Source: Shigella phage ESh36. Taken from it: DNA of 64,000 bases. Below the pieces are notes generated by a model, which was given only the letters and a program-made list of their open reading frames with translations, did no database searches and was not told where the DNA came from. This document shows positions 19,817 to 28,236 of this stretch, one piece after another. The first letter of the stretch is position 1. Every line of letters begins with the position of its first letter. The DNA is taken from the sequence record ON528746. The stretch is one strand, 5' to 3'. A program made the translations under genes and the position numbers.

Positions 19817-20017
19817 ATGGTACAAAAATTAATGGCACTTGTTAATGCCATAAAAGGTAATAAAAAACGTATAGCTTTTACTATTTCTGCTATGGTAGGA
19901 ATTTTACTCTGGAATTTTGTTTTATCACCAATTGCTATTGCTCATGGTGTTAATATTCCAGTAATTACTCTTGATACATTCGTAGATTTAGCATTTGCTT
20001 TAGTTGGGTTAATTTAA
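19817..20017 (+). CDS. possible small membrane protein (opposite strand)
   Basis: 66-codon ORF exactly filling the 56-61 intergenic gap, AAGGAGG before ATG; overlaps minus-strand promoter so uncertain. Confidence 0.25.
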   Translation: MVQKLMALVNAIKGNKKRIAFTISAMVGILLWNFVLSPIAIAHGVNIPVITLDTFVDLAFALVGLI

Positions 20018-21042
20018 ATCTTAGCATATTTAGATAACCGCATTTTAGCCATTAACCCCTGGGCAATATTATTTTTCATATATTCCATAATTTGTTCAGG
20101 GGTTGCACCTTCCTTTCTAATCATATCATTAACATCTTTTGATTTCCAGGGAGATTTATCCCAAAACATAACCCTTTCTCCTGCATCAACTAATTTAGTC
20201 ATTCGTTTAATAGTGTCAGGGTGACGAGGTTCATTATCTAAAACCCACACTCGTCTATCTTTAAATGGAACAACTTCTAGGTCTAATTGACCACCCGTAA
20301 TAGCTATACCATTTTCAATAAAAAGTGAATCTATAGGTCCTTCTAGAACATATACATCACCATCTTTAACTCGTTCGACTCCATATATTTTTGTTGCCTC
20401 AGGATAAGCTTTGATGGTGATATATTTTTGAGGAGCATCTTTCTTTAATGCACGTCCTTGAAAAGACTCAGCTTTTCCATTAGCATTATAAATTGGAATA
20501 ACAAGACGAGGCTCAGAAATTTCCTTTTTGTATGTTCCCGGTGCTATGCTATTAACCAATTTAGGCCATTCGGTTGTAAACCAAAGATATTTCCATTTAT
20601 CCTTTGGAATACAACGAGCTTTTACATATTTTATAATTGGATGGTCTTCCGCCAGTTTATCTAATCTAACACATGACGGAAGAGATTTAATTATTTTCTT
20701 CTCAGGTTGTTTAGGAAGTTCTTTAAGTTTTTCTACTGGACGACTTTTACCTTTTTCTTTTCTTATTTCAAAGATATACTCACGATATAAATCAGGTTCA
20801 AACTCCTTTAAATATATTCCGATTGGTGCATGATAGTTACAGTTATAACAATGAATATTTCCTTCATTATTATCACCATAATACCATCCACGGGCTTTAT
20901 TCTGGTCGGTTTTTGAATCTCCACACACTGGGCATCTAAACCGTAATTTAAAAGTTGAACTATTATTTACTTGTGTGAATTTAGGTAAATGAGCTAATGC
21001 ACGGTATGCAAACTCATTATCAATCCAAGGTATTGATGACAT
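20014..21042 (-). CDS. 61: DNA primase gp61
   Basis: 342-aa ORF with zinc-binding CPVCGD...CYNC and primase core; length equals T4 gp61. Confidence 0.9.
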   Translation of the reverse strand: MSSIPWIDNEFAYRALAHLPKFTQVNNSSTFKLRFRCPVCGDSKTDQNKARGWYYGDNNEGNIHCYNCNYHAPIGIYLKEFEPDLYREYIFEIRKEKGKSRPVEKLKELPKQPEKKIIKSLPSCVRLDKLAEDHPIIKYVKARCIPKDKWKYLWFTTEWPKLVNSIAPGTYKKEISEPRLVIPIYNANGKAESFQGRALKKDAPQKYITIKAYPEATKIYGVERVKDGDVYVLEGPIDSLFIENGIAITGGQLDLEVVPFKDRRVWVLDNEPRHPDTIKRMTKLVDAGERVMFWDKSPWKSKDVNDMIRKEGATPEQIMEYMKNNIAQGLMAKMRLSKYAKI

Positions 21043-21044
21043 TT

Positions 21045-21209
21045 TTACTCTTCTTTTTCTTTAGATTCCTCTTTTTTCTTTTTAGGAATCTGTTCAGGAC
21101 CTTTATTTACTACAGCGCCTGATGTTGTTCCAGTAGAGATATTTTCAGGACTACTACCTGAATCTCCAGCGACCATATCTTCTTTAATAAATTCTTTAAA
21201 TGTTTTCAT
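21045..21209 (-). CDS. hypothetical small acidic protein
   Basis: 54-codon ORF below track threshold; start codon lies inside the 46-bp repeat. Confidence 0.35.
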   Translation of the reverse strand: MKTFKEFIKEDMVAGDSGSSPENISTGTTSGAVVNKGPEQIPKKKKEESKEKEE

Positions 21210-21252
21210 ATTAACCTCTATTCATAAAAGCATTAAAAATTTGGTCATCAAT
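21207..21252. repeat. 46-bp direct repeat, copy A
   Basis: Identical to 21564..21609; spans a stop codon, GAGG SD and ATG of the next gene. Confidence 0.8.
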
Positions 21253-21566
21253 CGACGGAATAGCAACCTTTCGGCATCATTTAGCAAATCATTAATTTCA
21301 TCAGATAGCATAACACATGTGTCTTTATTTCCTGTAATTGTTACTGCACAATTACGAACGTTTTCTTTATCAAATTTTAGGTTAATATTTTCGTAGTGAA
21401 AATCCTTTAATGCCGAATATATCTTTAAAATGAAATTGTCTTTTACTACAATAAACCCAACCTCACTATTAAAACGTGGTTCATGGAAACTGTAATAAAC
21501 CTTTTCATCTATAAAATCGTATGAAATTTTTTCCATTTTTAAATATGAAAATTCAGAACTATACAT
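21222..21566 (-). CDS. hypothetical protein, paralog of half of adjacent 208-aa protein
   Basis: 114-aa ORF with GFIVVKDNFILKIY motif also found twice in ORF 21568..22194. Confidence 0.5.
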   Translation of the reverse strand: MYSSEFSYLKMEKISYDFIDEKVYYSFHEPRFNSEVGFIVVKDNFILKIYSALKDFHYENINLKFDKENVRNCAVTITGNKDTCVMLSDEINDLLNDAERLLFRRLMTKFLMLL

Positions 21567-21609
21567 ATTAACCTCTATTCATAAAAGCATTAAAAATTTG
21601 GTCATCAAT
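21564..21609. repeat. 46-bp direct repeat, copy B
   Basis: Identical to copy A, 357 bp away. Confidence 0.8.
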
Positions 21610-22194
21610 AGAAACATTTACTTTAGACTGTTTTTCGGATGGTAATTCATATCCACATATTACAATTTTGTGATCAATATCAAAATACACAGAAGCAATA
21701 TGATTAATGCTGCTTTCAGTAAAGTCTAAATCAACATCAATATCTTTTTGACCAAAGCCCAAAGGATAAATAATGCGAGTAATTCGATTATCTTTAACAA
21801 AGATTCCACCGACATACTCTGTACTGCGTTTAAAGTCTATACGCCGACGAAATGAAAAATATTCAGGCTCTTTATGAGCTCGGCTCATAGGGCACAACGA
21901 ATAACTAGAATAAGAGATGTCAAATCCTACGCCTTCAATATGAACTAAATTGTCATGATTAAACCAATTATAATCATATGCCAAGTCCATTAGATTGTCA
22001 TATGTGAAAGGCACCGGATTAACATCATTGGTCACAAGCATATAATTAGCAACTGCTATAATTTCATTATTTTTAACGAATACAAACCGTGATTGATGCG
22101 AATGACCTGGACCCGCGTTTTCACGATTAATGATATAACACTGGGCACCTTTATATTTGTATGTATCTTTGCACTTGTGCATTTGATAGAGCAT
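21568..22194 (-). CDS. hypothetical protein with internal duplicated motif
   Basis: 208-aa ORF; motifs FVFVKNNEIIAV and GGIFVKDNRITRIIY. Confidence 0.55.
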   Translation of the reverse strand: MLYQMHKCKDTYKYKGAQCYIINRENAGPGHSHQSRFVFVKNNEIIAVANYMLVTNDVNPVPFTYDNLMDLAYDYNWFNHDNLVHIEGVGFDISYSSYSLCPMSRAHKEPEYFSFRRRIDFKRSTEYVGGIFVKDNRITRIIYPLGFGQKDIDVDLDFTESSINHIASVYFDIDHKIVICGYELPSEKQSKVNVSIDDQIFNAFMNRG

Positions 22195-22487
22195 TATTCA
22201 CCTACCACTTCAGCGATGATATTTTTATTATTAAAGTTTTTATCGCAATACAGAACATAATTATACTGCATTACACCACCAGATTTAAGTTGTTTTTGCA
22301 CTTTAGCTTTCATTTCAGGACGATCGCGCTCAACGATATTCATAATATCTGCTTCAATTTGAGTTTCAACCTCAGTCTGATCCGCAGTCATAGACCATTC
22401 ACACAAATCTTTGTCATAACCCGCCATAGCAGGCTGAGCAGCGCAAGAAGATAAAGCAAAAATTGCAGCAAAGATAAATTTTTTCAT
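22194..22487 (-). CDS. sp: Spackle-like periplasmic protein
   Basis: 97-aa ORF with signal peptide; size and position match T4 sp. Confidence 0.6.
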   Translation of the reverse strand: MKKFIFAAIFALSSCAAQPAMAGYDKDLCEWSMTADQTEVETQIEADIMNIVERDRPEMKAKVQKQLKSGGVMQYNYVLYCDKNFNNKNIIAEVVGE

Positions 22488-22515
22488 GATAATCTCCTCA
22501 GTAGTTTATGTTTAT

Positions 22516-22545
22516 ATAGTATCTCAATTTCCAATAAAAGTAAAC
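22516..22545 (-). promoter_or_regulatory. T4-type early promoter
   Basis: GTTTAC, 18 bp, TACTAT. Confidence 0.55.
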
Positions 22546-22547
22546 AG

Positions 22548-22805
22548 TTATTTTAAAACTTTTGCGTAATCACATGTTACAAACTGTTTCTCTAGCTTAA
22601 CGATCTTACGAAAATACCTTTTACACTGACGAATCTGTCGCTTCGTAGGACGTACAGCAAACTTAATAAATTCCACTCGACCAGATGGAGGACTTTCTTC
22701 TGGTGGAATATCTAACACCAATTCCCACGTATCTGCAATAAGTGCTTTGAATTGAGTATTTTTCCTGATGTTATACGGTGTAGGTTTAAATAAAACAATA
22801 TGCAT
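22548..22805 (-). CDS. hypothetical protein
   Basis: 85-aa basic ORF. Confidence 0.45.
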   Translation of the reverse strand: MHIVLFKPTPYNIRKNTQFKALIADTWELVLDIPPEESPPSGRVEFIKFAVRPTKRQIRQCKRYFRKIVKLEKQFVTCDYAKVLK

Positions 22806-22806
22806 A

Positions 22807-22989
22807 TTATCCTCGGCAATCTACTTCACATACTTTCTTGTCATCAATGAAAGCTTTAACTAATGCTTTATTAACTTCAGCATATTGAGTAGTAGCCCAT
22901 TGAACGTCATCTTTCATCATTGTGATCTCTTTAGTAAACATGCTTTCATTCTTAAACCACCCCATAAAAACTACCTTTACCAATTCCAT
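22807..22989 (-). CDS. dmd: Dmd antitoxin-like protein
   Basis: 60-aa ORF just downstream of gene 41, preceded by early promoter; size and position as T4 dmd. Confidence 0.65.
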   Translation of the reverse strand: MELVKVVFMGWFKNESMFTKEITMMKDDVQWATTQYAEVNKALVKAFIDDKKVCEVDCRG

Positions 22990-23018
22990 AACAATCTCCC
23001 CATTTAACCAACAAGACT

Positions 23019-23048
23019 ACTATACCATAGTCTTGTCAGCTTGTAAAC
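23019..23048 (-). promoter_or_regulatory. T4-type early promoter
   Basis: GTTTAC, 18 bp, TATAGT; -35 overlaps the gene 41 stop codon (TAGTTTAC). Confidence 0.55.
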
Positions 23049-23671
23049 TAAAATTTTAATTCATTTGCCAAAGCATCTAACTGTGCTCGAGTGGATTCAT
23101 TTCTTTGATAGCGATTCTGCTCAGCCTGAATCTGTTGTGAACCTGCTACCTCACTCACTTCAGTTGGAGTAGAATCTTGTTCAATTTCTACCCATTTCTG
23201 ATTTCCTTTTTGAACACCCATCAAAAACTTATTCCATTTGTTCTTATCACCATATCGTGATTTGATTTGCTTAATGAGTTGTTGTTCAGCAGCTGCTAAC
23301 TCCTCAGTTTCAATGACTGCAAGCATAAAATCAGCTGTTGCTGGAAGTCCGGCACTGTTTTTAGTCAGTATACCGTTAGCATAGAAAAGCTGGTCCCCGG
23401 CAACAGAAATATCATACATCATGTCTTCTTCGAGTTCTTCAATTTTCAGAACTTCATCATTATAATCAAGTAATTTATCTGTTTTCTCATAAAGCTTAGC
23501 GTTATACTTTTCTGTCTGCATCAGAGCTTCAAAGATTTCTTCAGCGGAAGAATCATTACCGTTGATTGATGCATAATGATTAGCAATTGACCAACATCTT
23601 AAAGATGCTAGATACTCATCAAAATCCGTGTACTCTGCCGTCCCATCCAAATTATACACATTAGCAAGCAT
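23048..23671 (-). CDS. 41: helicase gp41 C-terminal fragment: split-intein C-half fused to C-extein
   Basis: KIEELEEDMMYDISVAGDQLFYANGILTKN (intein blocks F/G) immediately followed by SAGLPATADFMLAVIETEEL... helicase C-terminus; start of C-half uncertain. Confidence 0.75.
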   Translation of the reverse strand: MLANVYNLDGTAEYTDFDEYLASLRCWSIANHYASINGNDSSAEEIFEALMQTEKYNAKLYEKTDKLLDYNDEVLKIEELEEDMMYDISVAGDQLFYANGILTKNSAGLPATADFMLAVIETEELAAAEQQLIKQIKSRYGDKNKWNKFLMGVQKGNQKWVEIEQDSTPTEVSEVAGSQQIQAEQNRYQRNESTRAQLDALANELKF

Positions 23672-24659
23672 TTTTAATCACCTCTACCATTTCAGATAGT
23701 CTCATTGTATCATTGATTCTTACTAAAGCAAAACCATTCTTTTTCGCTATAAGCTCCTTCCTAAGATCTTTTCTTATCGCCTTAGTTTGGCTTATACCAT
23801 AAACATACCCTCGATACTCATGCTCATGACCTTTAATAACATGGAATGCTCTGCCGTCATATTCTATTAAAGTATTGCCTATTTTACCATCATAAAATAC
23901 GATAGAATTTTTTCTTCTAATAAACCATTCTCTATCGATCTTTATTGACAAAGCCGCTTCTATTTGGTTTAATATTCTATCACATTCTTTTGACGTACGG
24001 GTTCTTGGATTTTTAAAAAATGCTCTAGCTTGTTCTGCCTTTTTATCTTTATACACATGTTCCCAGCTATTTCCGTATTTGTATTTTAATTTATTTTTAA
24101 AATTTTCAACGGTTTTTAATGCGTGAGATTCTTTGGCTTCTTTGAGAGCTTGCTCGGGGTTATCAACTCCTTTGTTAGTCCAAAATTCCAATTCATACCA
24201 TTTTCTATTAGATTTGTGCCAATTTTTCTTAAGTGAAATTGAAATCTTTTTAGAAATTTCTTCAGATTTTTTGAATTTTGATTTTGTCAAAGGATTTGAA
24301 TTTCTAACTTTAGCACCTGAAATATAATTAGCATTCGCCTTCGACCATGCGTATTCAGCATAAGCTAAACCATATACTAAAACATTTCTATCGTATTGTG
24401 ATATTCCCGCAATAGAAATTTTGCCTCGTTTGAGGCATTGTTCTATCTCAGATTCTGTTGGCCAACAGCATAACCTAGCATAGTATTTTACTGTAGATTT
24501 TAAAAATATCGTTTTATCTAATTTTATGGATGCAAGATGTTCCTTTATTTTTATAATATTATATTCCTTTGGCTCATTAACAAGTTCATCTTTAAAATGT
24601 TTTAAAGAACAAAGGCGTTTCCATACGCCTTCAACAGAATAATCAGTTATTTGTCGCAA
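23661..24659 (-). CDS. free-standing homing endonuclease, EDxHD / Vsr-like (DUF559) family
   Basis: 332-aa ORF in a third frame between the gp41 halves; C-terminal FYDGKIGNTLIEYDGRAFHV...DLRKELIAKKNGFALVRIND; apparent TTG start. Confidence 0.65.
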   Translation of the reverse strand: MRQITDYSVEGVWKRLCSLKHFKDELVNEPKEYNIIKIKEHLASIKLDKTIFLKSTVKYYARLCCWPTESEIEQCLKRGKISIAGISQYDRNVLVYGLAYAEYAWSKANANYISGAKVRNSNPLTKSKFKKSEEISKKISISLKKNWHKSNRKWYELEFWTNKGVDNPEQALKEAKESHALKTVENFKNKLKYKYGNSWEHVYKDKKAEQARAFFKNPRTRTSKECDRILNQIEAALSIKIDREWFIRRKNSIVFYDGKIGNTLIEYDGRAFHVIKGHEHEYRGYVYGISQTKAIRKDLRKELIAKKNGFALVRINDTMRLSEMVEVIKNAC

Positions 24660-26028
24660 ATTTAGTACCTACCGTAATACCATTGGCAATAGACATTCTT
24701 CCACGGTCTGTTGGAAACTTATGCATATCCGAGCATATGATTGTTTTACCTGATTTAAGAGTAATTTTGTATTTTTTAGAACGCTTCGGATGAGAAACTT
24801 GGATGACAGGTCTGAATCCATCATATGATTCGACCATATCACCTACTTTAACTTCATTGATGAATTTTTCACCCTTTAAAGTTTTTACTACAGTAGATTT
24901 ATCTAAACATTCTGCAATATCACTCATGTTAACATCAGAAGAATCCCAAGCTTGTTTACCAACCTGCGCTGCAGTCCAAAGAACAGTTTCGGTTTCAACA
25001 GCCAGAGCACGCAATTCCTCTGCAATAGCTTTAACAGTTGTGTAACTATTTTCTGAATAAACTCTAATGCGGCAAGATTTACAAATACCTAGATAGTCGA
25101 CAATAATGATTGTTGGAACAAAATTCTTCTTGAGCTTTAATTCATTTAAAAGTGATCGAAATGTATTAGCGTCTGCTCCACCAGTAGGATATTGCTTAAC
25201 GATTAAACGACCAAGGGTAGATTTCTCACGCCATTTTTCCATTTTTCCTTTATATTCAGCGTAAGAAATATGTCCATCATCAATATCGTCAAGAGAAACA
25301 TCGAGCATATTAGCATCAATACGCTTAGCACAGACTTCTTCTGCCATTTCCATGGAAATGTAAAGAACATTATGTCCGAGCTGCAAATAATCTGCTGCCA
25401 ATGAACACAAACCTAATGACTTACCGACGTTAACACCAGCCATTAAAACGTTCAGTGTTCCTGTCTCAGCTCCGCCTTTAGTAATTTTGTTTAGAATTCT
25501 GAGTTTAAATGGAACCTTACGAGCTTTATTCATATAAGATAGCCAACGTGCTTCGTAGTCATCCATCCAATCATGACCAACGTAGCTATCAAATGAAATT
25601 GATAATGCTTGCCGCATAATGTCAGGAATAGCACCAACATCCGGCATTTTCTTATTTCGTTTTTCCGGAGGAAGTTCAGCATTGGTTTGAATTTCGATTA
25701 TTTTAGACGTAGCATTAAACATCGCCCTTTGCTGAACATATTTTTCTGTTTCTTTTATTAACCAGCTGTGGTCTTCTGGAGAATCAGCCAGTTTTGAAAT
25801 AAGTGTTTTTACACCAGAATATTCTGTTTCAGTAAATGAACTATTTTCTAATGCAACATTTAACGCATTAATAGATGGAACGCTATGATACTCATTAACA
25901 TGAGATTTAATTAATTTGAACGTATTTTTAGCTGGACCACTTTCAAAATATTCTGAATCCATATATGGCCAAACTTTTGAAAAATAAGCTTGATCAAATA
26001 TGAGATGAGAAAGAATAATTTCTACCAC
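24643..26028 (-). CDS. 41: helicase gp41 N-terminal fragment: N-extein (373 aa) fused to split-intein N-half (88 aa)
   Basis: DnaB-like helicase with Walker A GVNVGKS up to ...NMSDIAE, then CLDKSTVVKTLKGEKF...TIICSDMHKFPT (intein blocks A/B) and stop. Confidence 0.8.
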   Translation of the reverse strand: MVEIILSHLIFDQAYFSKVWPYMDSEYFESGPAKNTFKLIKSHVNEYHSVPSINALNVALENSSFTETEYSGVKTLISKLADSPEDHSWLIKETEKYVQQRAMFNATSKIIEIQTNAELPPEKRNKKMPDVGAIPDIMRQALSISFDSYVGHDWMDDYEARWLSYMNKARKVPFKLRILNKITKGGAETGTLNVLMAGVNVGKSLGLCSLAADYLQLGHNVLYISMEMAEEVCAKRIDANMLDVSLDDIDDGHISYAEYKGKMEKWREKSTLGRLIVKQYPTGGADANTFRSLLNELKLKKNFVPTIIIVDYLGICKSCRIRVYSENSYTTVKAIAEELRALAVETETVLWTAAQVGKQAWDSSDVNMSDIAECLDKSTVVKTLKGEKFINEVKVGDMVESYDGFRPVIQVSHPKRSKKYKITLKSGKTIICSDMHKFPTDRGRMSIANGITVGTKFATNN

Positions 26029-26037
26029 ACTTACTCC

Positions 26038-26382
26038 TTAAAAGAATTTAAACTTTTTCTTTGACCTTTTATTAAATGCATCTTGTAGTTGCATTGTAAT
26101 ACATTTTTCTACATGAGGAGCTAACTCAGCTTTTCTTTCTTGGTCAAGAACAGCAAAGTCCATTACAACCTTTCCATTAACCCAATCTAATTTTGTCACA
26201 TACACAATGTGTGTAGAACCATCTTCTAGTTTAATGACAATCTCCTGGATAACATTTTCCATGGCAGATTTAATTATCTTAAGAGACTCATTAAAAAGAC
26301 GTTCTTTTCTTTCTTCTTCCCCCTCCGAAGAGGGGGATTCGTCGATAATTTCTAGATCTAAATCTAAATCATCTTTATTCAT
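26038..26382 (-). CDS. 40: gp40 head assembly protein-like
   Basis: ORF between uvsX and gene 41; ATG start MNKDDLDLD (track ORF extends to GTG at 26400). Confidence 0.55.
   Translation of the reverse strand: MNKDDLDLDLEIIDESPSSEGEEERKERLFNESLKIIKSAMENVIQEIVIKLEDGSTHIVYVTKLDWVNGKVVMDFAVLDQERKAELAPHVEKCITMQLQDAFNKRSKKKFKFF
26319..26336 (-). other. UUCG-tetraloop hairpin inside gene 40 coding region
   Basis: mRNA CCCCCUC-UUCG-GAGGGGG, 7-bp G/C stem, encoding SSEGEE. Confidence 0.5.
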
Positions 26383-27550
26383 TAAATTCTTCCATATCAC
26401 TTAACTGTTCGAGGTCAGTTTCTAAATCAGCAGCTGATTTACTTTTACTTTCTGGAGATTTAAATTTTTCAACCTTTGAGTTAATTAATTCATCAACTTC
26501 AGCTTCAACAATTTCATTACTATCAATAGCACCTAACTGATAAGCACGTTTAATAGCATCTCGGAATGGTTGATGTTTAAATAAAGGACCCCAGAATGTA
26601 GTGCAGTTAGTATCTTTTGCACGCCAAGATTTTTCTTCGCGAACCATCTCGCCGGTTTCTTCGTCAAGAAATTCACGAGCATACCAACCATTTTTAGGTT
26701 TTACAACAAATCCTAATTCTAGAGCCATATCTAACAATCCAGAATAAGGATCGATACCACCGTCAAATTTAACATCAATAAAGAATTTACTTTTTTCTTT
26801 AACGGTACGAGATTTTTCTACATTTAGAACAAATTGATACCCCTGAAGATCAGAACCATCTTTAATCTGGCGTTTACCGATAATGAATACGGTATCAGCC
26901 GAATACATCGGTCCAGTACCACCTCCCATAACTGTTTTACTAAACATTTCTTGTGTTTCGTATGTATGGTTAATAGCAATACATGGAATATTTTTAGTAC
27001 TAAAATAGGGAGTTACGATACGAAATAAGCTTTTCATTGTTTTAGCTCTAGTCATATCACTAACAACTTTTTCATTTAAAGCATCTTCAGTTTCTTTCTT
27101 AGAAGCTAAGTTACCAAGTGAATCGATAAAAACGACTACCTTTTCGCCGCGTTCAATTGCATCCAATTGATTAACCATGTCAATACGTAATTGCTCAAGT
27201 GATTGAACCGGAGTATGAATTACTCGTTCTGGATCGACTCCCATAGACCGCAAATAAGCAGGAGTAATACCAAATTCACTATCATAAAACAAACATACTG
27301 CATCAGGATATTGACGCATGTAAGATGACACCATTGTTAATCCAAAGTTTGATTTAAATGATTTTGATGGACCTGCCAAAATTAACAGACCAGATTGCAT
27401 ACCACCAGTAATTTCACCAGAAAGTGCAATATTCATCATAGGAATTTTTGTTCGAACTACATCTTTTTCATTAAAGAATTTAGATGCTGTTAATTCTGCA
27501 GTCAATTTAGAAGTAGAAGCTTTAATCAAACGAGATTTTAAATCAGACAT
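26375..27550 (-). CDS. uvsX: UvsX recombinase (RecA-like)
   Basis: 391-aa ORF with Walker A GPSKSFKS. Confidence 0.9.
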   Translation of the reverse strand: MSDLKSRLIKASTSKLTAELTASKFFNEKDVVRTKIPMMNIALSGEITGGMQSGLLILAGPSKSFKSNFGLTMVSSYMRQYPDAVCLFYDSEFGITPAYLRSMGVDPERVIHTPVQSLEQLRIDMVNQLDAIERGEKVVVFIDSLGNLASKKETEDALNEKVVSDMTRAKTMKSLFRIVTPYFSTKNIPCIAINHTYETQEMFSKTVMGGGTGPMYSADTVFIIGKRQIKDGSDLQGYQFVLNVEKSRTVKEKSKFFIDVKFDGGIDPYSGLLDMALELGFVVKPKNGWYAREFLDEETGEMVREEKSWRAKDTNCTTFWGPLFKHQPFRDAIKRAYQLGAIDSNEIVEAEVDELINSKVEKFKSPESKSKSAADLETDLEQLSDMEEFNE

Positions 27551-27558
27551 ATAATACC

Positions 27559-28236
27559 TTATAGTAGTGTTCTTGTTCCACGAAATACTTCGAGCATTCT
27601 TGCATAAGATTTATTTGGAAATCCAGCTTCAATTGCTAATTTTTTAAGCTTAATAGCACCGGGTTTTCCAGAGTTTTCCCATATTTCTTTAATCTTTTCA
27701 ATGTTATCCCACATTATTGGGTCACGTTTATGTGATGGTTTATTTCTATTATAACCATATGGATTATTAAGCAAAGCTTCTTTTCGTTTTGCTTTAGTTT
27801 CTTCTGACTGCTTTTTGCCTAGCTGGGCTTTCCGGCAAACATCACTAAATCCAAGATGTTTTGGTTTTCCTTTTTGAGCTTTTGAAATTTTTTCTTTGGT
27901 TTCTGATGAAACTCTATAACCAATTCTTCTACCACCCTCTCCACCAATTTTTAAATTATAAGTCATAGGATCATTTACCACATCTATTGTTACTAATTCT
28001 CTTTCAGCATCACGGGCTGATTTAAAATCTTTATAAAACCCAAGAATGCTTAAATTAAAATTTTTCTTACCATACTTTTTCTTGGCTTGTGCTAATAAAG
28101 TTCCTGATCCCATATAACCATCATTTAAATCATCGGTTGAATGAGTTCCATAGTAAATTTTATTATTAACTAAATTAGTTATAACATAAGTATAATTATA
28201 TTTCTTTTCTTTATGTCTTTTCATGTCATTAATCAA
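27559..28236 (-). CDS. segA: GIY-YIG homing endonuclease SegA-like
   Basis: GIY-YIG motif YNYTYVITNLVNNKIYYGTHS; located between uvsX and the glycosyltransferase as T4 segA. Confidence 0.65.
   Translation of the reverse strand: MINDMKRHKEKKYNYTYVITNLVNNKIYYGTHSTDDLNDGYMGSGTLLAQAKKKYGKKNFNLSILGFYKDFKSARDAERELVTIDVVNDPMTYNLKIGGEGGRRIGYRVSSETKEKISKAQKGKPKHLGFSDVCRKAQLGKKQSEETKAKRKEALLNNPYGYNRNKPSHKRDPIMWDNIEKIKEIWENSGKPGAIKLKKLAIEAGFPNKSYARMLEVFRGTRTLL

Noticed and set aside
23661-24659. Group I intron carrying the endonuclease in gene 41
   Set aside because: Flanking coding sequence encodes Hint-domain motifs (CLDKST..., ...FYANGILTKN+S), which indicates protein-level splicing rather than RNA splicing
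23048-26028. Contiguous (cis-splicing) intein in gene 41
   Set aside because: The intein-like segments and the intervening endonuclease ORF are in three different frames with stops between them, so only a split-intein arrangement fits
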